Assembly: GCF_009914755.1 (NCBI RefSeq)
Contig: NC_060926.1
Direction: 5' to 3' (one strand)
DNA: 64,000 nucleotides
From: the human T2T-CHM13v2.0 reference genome, Homo sapiens
The notes beneath the pieces were generated by a model. That model was not told the DNA's origin. It worked only from the letters and a program-made list of their open reading frames with translations, and searched no databases. Below, piece after piece: positions 55,370-64,000 of this stretch; the first letter of the stretch is position 1; every line of letters starts with the position of its first letter. The translations under genes and the position numbers were made by a program.

Positions 55370-57800
55370 TGCCAGGGCTCTGAGGATCCCTGAGCGACCA
55401 CCTGGGAACAACTTGGGTGGAGGTGCCAGACGCCAAGCGCTGCTGCGCCGCAAGTCCCCGAGCCCGGGTCGGCGGCCCTTCTCCGGGGCCGTCCCCGCGG
55501 CGACCCGAATGGCCACAGAGGGTGGGAAAGGGCGTTTGTGAGCGCGCGAACCCTGGATCCCCGACCCCGCAGCCCTTTCTTCCAGGCCCCGGCTTTCAGG
55601 ACAACCGTTCGACTAGGGTCAGTGGTCGGGGTTCCAGCTCTGCAGAGCTTAGTCGGGAGCCAGTAGGCGAACTGGAGAGAGGACGCGAGACCTTTGCGCC
55701 TCTGGACGCTTCGGCCTGGCTGTTCTCGGTGTACGCGCTCCTGTCTAGACCCAACTACCCACGCTCCCGCAGCCCCACATCTATCGCACTCTGAGCGCAG
55801 CAACCCAGCTTCAGCGTGGCCGCAGGCTGCCTCGCGCATCGCTCACCTGTCGGCGGCGCCACTCCCACGGGGTGCCGGAGGCGCCAGACAACTTGGCAGG
55901 GTTCGGGAGATGTCGCCCCCTCTCCCTCGCCCAGAACCCAGCACCGCTCGGACCCTCCCTCCTCTCAAGCCCAGCTTCTCCCGACGGTGCAGCCGGACAA
56001 GCTGCAGCCCGGAGTCCCGCAAACCCGCCGCTCCCCGCTCTCCTCCTGCAGCGCGGGACTTGGACACTTTCCCAGCCTCGCGCCCCGGGGCACCAGTCGC
56101 GGCCGCCAACTCCCGCTGGGCAGCCCCAGCGCAGGGCTGGCCCCGAGGTGGGCGCCTTGGGGGCAAAAGGGCTGGCGGGTAGATGGATTGTGCGCACCTG
56201 GCCTCGGCTGCTGGCCTCTGGGTATTCTCACCTGGAAGCAAGAACAATCCGCAAAAAGTTGCCGCGATGCCTAGGACCCACATTCTCCCGGAGTCCCGGG
56301 GCCGGGAGAGGGCAAGCGCATCAGAGGAGGCGACAGCAGCGGAGGCTGCCCCGGCTGCAGCGGCTGTGGCTGCCGAGGCTGCTGGGGCCCGCGCTGCTGC
56401 CGCGGAGACGACGGTCGTAGCTTAGAGGAGCCGCAGGTGCCGCTCGCGGAGCCTGCATCGCCCGCGCTCGGGCTCCCGGCTGCGGGTCTCTGCTCCTCCC
56501 GCTCGCGCTCCCGGGCCGAGCACCGCGCCTCCGGAGTTGGCGGCTGAGACTGAAGGAACTACTGGCGATCGGGAGCACCCACAAAAGTCTCGCCTTTTCT
56601 CCCCACCTCCCACTCCAGGCATCACGTGACGGCTGCCGAGTTGGGGTGGGGGTGGCGGGCGGGGAAGGCTGGGACGGTCGCTTCACATCCCCACCCCCTT
56701 CCTGTCTTCCTCTTCTCCCGCCTCCGCACGTTCCTGGGAAAGGGGCGCCGGGGGGCGGGAGAGAACTGGTAGTTTTCTGAGATGGGGAGGTTGGGGGAGC
56801 GGCGAGGAGGGCGCAGCAGGTGCCGTGGGGACCTGCCGGGTGCGGACTAGGGTCTGAGGACTGCGTGCCCGGCTGGCCCTTCGCACATAGGAAGGCAGCC
56901 TCCCCACTCCACGTCCTCTGCGCCTTCCAGGACTGGTCGGTACCCCAGCGACTGGGTCCAGCCCACACAACTGAGGCTGTCCCGCTGCGGGCCGCGGGAG
57001 CCTGGCGCCCCGGGAGGCTGACAGGAAGGGCGCGCGTTCCCGTGCGCCTGGCAAAGTTCCACGCCCGCAGGCTCCGTAGGGTGTCCTGTGCAGCTGTGCC
57101 CCCTCTTCCTCCGCGAAGGCCTTCTGTCAAGAACCAGCTCGGCGTGGCCAATCTGGGTGGGGGTGTGGTGGGGACACTGCCTTAACTGTCTCACTTGCCC
57201 GGGCCGCCCTCCCTTCTCCCGCCTGCGCGCACCGCTGGAGGGTGCATTGACACCGCCCTGGTCGCCTAGCCTAGGAGAACGCCGTCCCGGGGACACCTGC
57301 CGTGAGGTCCTACCAGAAAGCAAATCAGGGTGAGGAAGAGGGTTGTTCTCCTCCATTCCTTGTCTCCCAAACGCCAGCCGGCTCCATTCTGCTTTCCCCA
57401 AAGCCACCGATTATTAGCACATACTCCCACGTCCTCTCCTGAAAGGCCATCCCAGCCTCGGACTCGGCCTCTGGCTGCTCCCCACACCCCTCAAATTCGT
57501 CTTCTTTCCGCAAAGTCCAAGTGACCCACCTTGCGGACTCCCGGGGATGCCCCGGTGCTATCTTCGCCTTCCTTCCCGAGCCTTGCAGCAGGTGGTGCGG
57601 GAGACCGCTTGCCCGCCGGAGTGCGTTGGTGCCCCCGCCCCCAATCCGCACATTCCCATCCCCTTTCCGCACATCCTTAGGGAGCATCCATTTCCGTGGA
57701 AATCGCCTCCTAAGCTTTAGCTCCTCTTCACCCTTTTCTCCCCCGGCCACTTCTGGGGGCAGCTCTCTCACGCCGGGACGCTGATCATTTATTTCTGCAT
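55370..57800. promoter_or_regulatory. LYPD1: CpG island / LYPD1 promoter and first exon region
   Basis: Very high GC and CpG density compared with the CpG-depleted rest of the window. GC-box-like GGGCGGGG near 56657-56664 and palindromic E-box TCACGTGA at 56622-56629. Confidence 0.9.
56232..56283 (-). CDS. LYPD1: LYPD1 coding exon 1 (signal peptide)
   Basis: ATG at 56283 with A at -3. Encodes hydrophobic MWVLGIAATFCGLFLLP+G (52 nt), then donor CAG|GTGAGA at 56232/56231. Confidence 0.95.
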
Positions 57801-58147
57801 CCTCCCAGCAGAGCTGGTCTGTAAAGGGGCTTAAATGACTTTCTTTGTAATTCCTCTGCAGAGATCGTTCCATATCTGCCTCAGGCTCCTTCTCTCCCTC
57901 CCTCCCTCCCTCTCCCCCTTCTTTCATTTCTATTTGGTTAACCCCTCGGGGAGACTGAAATGCTTTGACCATTACTCACCTGTCTGCAGACTCTGATCTT
58001 ACAATTGGCTAAATTACTATCTCTGGAGCAAAAGGGCCAATTTATTTATTCCTTCTGGGAACCCATTGTAAGAGCACGTGTGAGTCATGATTCAAGTAAC
58101 TGACTGGGCCAAAAGGTCCTTGAGCAAGTTATTTTCTGTTTTCAGAG

Positions 58148-59374
58148 GGTGCAAATGTGATATAACTTTTATTCAGAAAGGAAACAAAAAGATTTTTTAA
58201 AGTCTGAAAGACAAGGACATTTTACATAATTTTCATTTAAGATAAAATAAAACAAATTGCACAAATTAACCAAATAACACTGATCATACAATACTCTTTA
58301 AAGAAACAATTATGTGCTAAAGTAGCCATATAGATCCTAAAAATATTTCTATTGGGCCTAGTTTACAAGCTCCTGTACATAAGTAATTATAAATAGTTCA
58401 CATCTAGAAAAAATACACATAACCTTTAAAATAGAATTTATCCTTACATATAAACAGTCTTTGTAGAAAAAAAAGGATATTAAAAAGAATTCTTCGTAGC
58501 ACCATTAATTTTATTTTTAAAAGTGAACATTGCAAATAGAAATTTGTTTTCATTTTTAGAGTGCCCAGATTTTAATAAAAAGAGCAAGAAGATAAAAATC
58601 AAATAATATTCAGGATCATAGAGAAGCACTAAGTAAAAGACAATCTAAAGAAATGTCTGGAAGGAAAAACTGGTATTGGGAATAGAATTCGGTCATTTCT
58701 GATACAATGTCACACTCCCAATCAGTGTCCACACTTCAGGACCCTTTTCATTTTTCAGCAGAAGCAGAATGACACTTATTACTATCACCTGAATCTCTGG
58801 CAACGAATCTGAAATTACACTAAAATGAACATTTCCATCAAATTGAGATTTGTGAGATGGAGATGAGGAGGAACCCTCCGATTTTTTGGCAGGCCCTGTT
58901 GTAGGTTTACAGAGTGTACCCACAAACAATTTGAGGACCAGGACAACGAACTTCACAAAAACTTCAGTTGGGATTTTAAAAAATATATATTATCATCAAC
59001 TTCTAAGACTTAGTACATTATTTCAAGAGCATGGCACTGATTCCATTTATTGCTGTCTTTTTTTGCTACAAATATAATTTCTCTTCCAAAAAATTTACAA
59101 CTTCTGTACAAATATTCAAAAAAAGTGCAAAATTAAGGATTCTGTATCATAGATGTGTTTACGCTTAATCCTCTTGAAACACAATAAATGGAGTCTATCT
59201 TTATTGCCCTGTCAGAGAAATAAGCTCTGGTGGGTTGCCTGCTGTGAATTTGACAAGGAAGGCTCTGGTACTGCAATAGTTTATTGTTATCTCTATCAAG
59301 CGGTGCACCCCCCACCCCCCACCCATCATTTCTTAAGCGCTCCAGTCCCAGCTCACTAAGGGAAGAGATGTCCT
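58148..59374 (-). other. NCKAP5: NCKAP5 3' UTR
   Basis: AT-rich, with no recognisable repeats, downstream of the terminal exon stops. Minus-strand AATAAA at 58173-58168. Confidence 0.75.
58168..58173 (-). terminator. Poly(A) signal AATAAA, NCKAP5
   Basis: tttatt on + at the end of the AT-rich UTR. Confidence 0.65.
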
Positions 59375-59656
59375 TTATACATCATTTGAACCTTGACTGG
59401 CACAGGAAGAGAAGCTATCATATAAAGAATCACTCAAAGATTCCAAGTTGTCTACCCCAGGCCTATCTGAACTACTCAAAGATGTCTCTTCATTTTTTTC
59501 TTTTTCTTCCTTCTGTCCTTCAACCTTGTTCAGAGAGTTCTTCTCTTTTTCTAATAAAATCACAGTATTGCTGTTAAATTTATTGAATGACTCTAGGGAA
59601 ATTTTCGATAATCTATTCTCGGGATCGTCTTTTGTTTCTTCAAGTTGTCTCAATTT
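59375..59656 (-). CDS. NCKAP5: Alternative long frame of NCKAP5 last exon (93 aa)
   Basis: Phase-0 reading from the same acceptor is open for 93 codons in AT-rich DNA: KLRQLEETKDDPENRLSKISLESFNKFNSN...LESLSDSLYDSFSSCASQGSNDV*. The tail resembles the recalled NCKAP5L C-terminus. Confidence 0.65.
   Translation of the reverse strand, partial: KLRQLEETKDDPENRLSKISLESFNKFNSNTVILLEKEKNSLNKVEGQKEEKEKNEETSLSSSDRPGVDNLESLSDSLYDSFSSCASQGSNDV
59640..59656 (-). CDS. NCKAP5: NCKAP5 last coding exon, short frame (E)IETT*
   Basis: Strong acceptor ttctaatattttcttctttttattgcAG| at 59658-59657. Phase-1 reading xAA ATT GAG ACA ACT TGA matches the recalled C-terminus of annotated human NCKAP5. Gene order GPR39-LYPD1-NCKAP5 agrees. 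Upstream exons are outside the window. Confidence 0.7.
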
Positions 59657-61792
59657 CTGCAATAAAAAGAAGAAAATATTAGAAACATATTTCTTTGGAA
59701 AATCAAGTTATCCTATCTAATATTCAATTATTGTCTGTATAAAGTACAGTTTAAAGGGACAGAGAAAACCTACAAGTCTTTAATAATCTTCTAGTATAAT
59801 TAGATGTAATAATAAAGCCAATTTTAGGGATAAATCAGGACTTTAATCATTTTACTGAGATAAATAGGTCCCAATTTGCAAATTAAGTGCCACTTAATTT
59901 CATTTTAAATGGATCCATTTGAAATTTGTTCAGGTAAAGTGCCTTATTTTTCTTCATCAAAGTTTCAAACTCCTCTCTTTCCTTGCTAAGTATTAGCTGT
60001 ACTTTTTCTAAATATGAGTAGGTATTGAATTTCAGCCAGAAGTTATGGTAATATGTTTTTTTCTAATAAAAAAAAGACATAAAAATCCCCTAACTTGCCA
60101 TTTTTGAATACATGTTAAGCTTGTTAGAAGCATTGCCATTTTAGTATTTTGTCCCTTTATAGGACTTAAGATATTTGAAAGAGATCTCCAGGTTTTTGGG
60201 TGTAGATCCCAGAAGGCCCAAGGGCTTAAAAATTAAAGCGGCAGGTGAACAGCTGAGTAACCCCTCTGCTCCAGAAGGTCTAGTAATACCAGTTTATACT
60301 GGGATATTACTGTTATTAATACCCTGTATGATGTATAAAGCACTGCACCAAATTCAATAATTATCATAGGTAAACCCTGTAAACATGAATATATTCGGTT
60401 GCTCAGTTGGCTCCTAAGGGCTAAGGTGAGGACAGAGGGAGGCACACTTGCGAAAAACAATGAGAAAAACAGACATGTAAAAGTGTCTACAATATTTCTC
60501 ATCTTCTTTTCCTCTTTCCAGCAGAAATTCCATCCAAACACAGGAAAGAAGCAGGCCCGGGGGCTTGGAGATGATAGTAAGTGTTACCATTTATTAAGCA
60601 TCCACTAGGTAAAAGACACTTAACAGATTCTATCAGCTTTTTCACAAACCTACAAGGTAAACGACCCCATTTTAAAGAGAAGGTATGCAAGGCTCAGAGT
60701 GACAGAGATATTTGCCCAAGGTTGCCCAGCAAGTGGCAGAGAACAGGATTTGAATTTCTGTCTGGCTGCCTTCCATGCTCTTGTTCTTTCCATTAAACCA
60801 TGTTCTTAGGTAATAAAGGACACAATGTCCTGTTTTCCATTTTGTTACCCAAAAATTCCACTTAAATAACTTGCCAAACCGTCTCTAACATGTGCAGTTC
60901 TGCTGTGCACCATGCTCCCCACCCCCAACATTGTTATGCTGGACTCAACAAGGTTGCAATGAGGAAACTGTCTTTTGATTGGGAAAATAGATATAGCCAA
61001 AGCTTATGGATTCTCACATGCTAATGTGAAGAATGGAAAGAGAAGAGAGAGATGGAAGTGGATGGCTTCTGTGTTCCAAGAGCAGACACGGGCAGAATTT
61101 CTCTGCTATAGGAAATGGTATAATTCTATGGGAATATTTGAAAATCATCCTAGATCTAGTGCTTATTTCATTATACTACTAACGTGCAGAAACATTACTC
61201 ACAGAGCTAATTTTCAATCACACACAGCTACCCTGAAACCAGAGGCGGGCTAAGGAACAGACTCCTAGCTGATTACAGAAAAGTGGCTCCATAATTAGAA
61301 ATAACTCCATCCAAGGGCCCCTTTCAACACCATGCCAATTTGCCTACATTTACCAAATGGATGTAAATAAATGGCATTCAATGCAATTTTCTCTTTACCT
61401 GGATGTCTTCTCCATTTTTCTTCATTTAAGAACCACAAGTATTTTTCTTGCCTATTTCTCATCTATGTGGATCTCAAATTCATTCAACACACACTCATTA
61501 GAGAAGCTACTGCAAGGCAGGCTGAAGGCTTTGGTACTGAAGATACACAGCTGAATAAAATTGTGTCCTGCAGGGTGATCATTGAGGCCCTGAGGGCAGA
61601 CAGGCTGAGCTTCGATTTCAGCTTGGCCCTTTCACGGGCTGAGTGCTACAAGCATCCTTCTTCAGGTGTAAAATGGTGATAAGATACATCTTTATTTCAG
61701 GACTGCAATAAGTATTAGAAATAAAGAACTTTAAAGCTCTGGCAGACAGTAGTGGGTGTGCAATAAATGTAAGGCTGGATTCTTATTCTAGA

Positions 61793-61976
61793 ATGGTGGT
61801 TCTCAAAGTGTGTTCCCCAGACCAACAACGTCAACAACACCAAGGAGCTTCCTGGAAATGCAAGTTCTTGGATCCCACCTAGACCTACTACACCAGAAAC
61901 TCTGAGGGCCAGCAATCAGTTTTTAACAAGATTACCAGGTGATTCTGATACATACTGAAATTTGAGACCCACTGGT
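61793..61976. mobile_element. MER5A-family element
   Basis: gtggttctcaaagtgtg...ttttaacaag...ccaggtgattctgat...tttgagacccactgg with terminal inverted repeats. Confidence 0.75.
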
Positions 61977-62630
61977 CTAGAAGAACATGACCCCTGGAGG
62001 GAAGACAGACAGGTGGAAATCATAATTCGTTGTGAAATGGTGGAATTTGGGAAGAGTTAATTGCCATTAAAACACTCACTGTCATCAGGTTTTCAAATGT
62101 TTCAGGCTTACAGATTTGTTGCTTCAGTTAATTATAACAAAGACCTACACTGGCCAGAGAGGTTATAGAAATGAAAGAAGGGACCATTATTTAAAAAAAA
62201 AAAAAAGCAAACAAGAAACATGAACTTCTCGGGTTTCCTTTTATTTTTACAGTTTTGATGAAAAGTGACTGCAGACATATTACTTGACTGTAAAAACAAC
62301 ATCCATGCAAAAGTGACCATATGGACCAACTAGCATTCAGTCTCTAGGCAGAGCAGCCATAAGGAGTGGTGAGGGCTGCAGTCAGCTCAGGAGTATGTGC
62401 TGGATCTAAAGGTGGTAGCAGCTACTTAGATCTAGCTATGCAGAAATGTGGGTGCAGATCTTTCGATTTCAAAGATGAGGAGATACATCTAGATCAATAT
62501 TTGCTTATATTTAAAATTCACTTACTTTTAATTCTTGGCTCACATTTAAAGAAAATAACAAAATACCCAGTATGTATACCGAATTGCAATCTTTGCACTG
62601 TTTGAGTTTCTGAGCTAGGGATGTTGTTTT

Positions 62631-62661
<31 letters not shown>

Positions 62662-64000
62662 GCAGTGTCCTACTTCACCTCATCCACTCCCCTATTTCCC
62701 TTCCCCCAGCTTTCTTTTTGAAGGCCTAGTCCAATGCTACATCATCAGTAGTTTCTCAGTGGAGACTTTGCCTAGGATCAGAAGAGTCTTAACTATGAGT
62801 CTGGGCTCCTCAAGTGGTGCTGCCAGCTACGAATAAAAACACTGAAGTGGCTTACTTTTCTGCCTATAGGAGCATACCGAACCTCAACATTGTCTTGTCA
62901 GATCTCAGATATTTTTAAAATTTTGTAGTTGAATAACATTTAGATTTAACATATAAGGAGGGATTGAGGTGAAACAATAATGTGTTAATGATCTATCTGG
63001 CAAATGACAACAAAATAGTGCACATTAGTTTGCAGCAACTATACGTGAAAGTGCTTTGCAAACTAATCATGGTAATAACAGTTACCATTTAACAGTGTGT
63101 GTTCTGTACAGACACTCTGCTAAGCATAGTGCATAGATTATATGTTTCCATCCTCACATGAATTCTACAGGGTAGGTGCCATTAGTATCTCCATTTATAG
63201 GCAATCAAGGCTTGAGGAAGGTAAGTAACTTGTTTAAATTCCTGTAGCAGTATGGGATGGACTTTGGATTTAGAGCTAGGCAGTGTGCCTGCAGAGATGA
63301 AGCTCTCAACTTTCATCTTGGAAAACTACTTTATGAATATTAGCCAATATTATCTTTAAGGGAAGCATCTGAAATAGCAATTACAGAACAAAAACAATAA
63401 TGATAGACCCGGTGAAGATTAGTGTTTGATGAGAATTGTGTAGGTTCCATAAAACATCGCCAATTCCTTCCTGTGTTGTGCTTCATCAGAATTATGATAA
63501 AATTAATATACTACATTTGTCACCTATAGGTGGCAACAGTTGTACAGATGACTTTTTGGTGGATTTTTTTTTCAACTACACTTGGGAATAAAAGTAGGGC
63601 TAAACAGACAAGATGCAAATACATTTTCAAGCTTAAATAAATAGCTTTGCATGTTCTTAAAATATTTTCCTGCCTTTAGTGTAACCATGGAATTATTAGT
63701 GATAATTCAAGCAAGAAGTGTATAGTGGCATATTCTCCAGAAATCTCTTGAGAATTAGACCTTTATTAATTTAATTCCTTGTAGTCAAGCAGTCATTCAA
63801 TCAAACTAATCTACTATGTGACCAGCTTTGTGCAAACAGTCTTGTGGTCTTGATTCTCAGAGGAAGTTTTATAGAAAAGGGTGCTCTTGGAATGGTTTTG
63901 AAGGGCAAATAGGATTGAAATACACAGTAAGGAGGAGGGAGGGAATTCCAATAAATATTCATCTATTATGCCTCTATTGCAACTGTGCAACACTGTGTAG

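Noticed and set aside
55345-57972. Many long ORFs (up to 276 aa) on both strands
   Set aside because: Expected from stop-codon scarcity in a CpG island. Arg/Pro/Gly/Ala-rich with no domains. Only LYPD1 exon 1 and the uORFs were retained.
59657-64000. Additional NCKAP5 exons
   Set aside because: No convincing exon seen. The region is intron with MIR and MER5 repeats, so the phase of the upstream exon cannot be read from this window.

Overview
Primate (almost certainly human, chr2q21.2) genomic DNA with three genes. (1) About 31 kb of the large GPR39 intron on +, then GPR39 coding exon 2 (31461-31966; TM6-TM7 and C-tail) and its 3' UTR. (2) The complete LYPD1 CDS on - (exons 56283-56232, 54888-54751, 32640-32405; 426 nt = 141 aa Ly6/uPAR protein), whose last exon overlaps GPR39 exon 2 tail-to-tail, with a CpG-island promoter at about 55.4-57.8 kb. 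(3) The terminal exon and 3' UTR of NCKAP5 on - (59656 to about 58148), ending just upstream of the LYPD1 promoter. The rest is intron rich in Alu, L1, L2, MIR, MLT1, MER4-group and MER5 repeats; almost all ORF-track entries are spurious. I found no prokaryote-style novel system. The strongest leads are a dual-frame NCKAP5 last exon with a protein-like 93-aa alternative C-terminus, a TGATG-linked uORF pair in the LYPD1 leader, a perfect 5' splice site just past the NCKAP5 poly(A) signal, and LYPD1 antisense coverage of the GPR39 splice acceptor. Gene and repeat names come from recognition, not database searches, and boundaries of old repeats are approximate.
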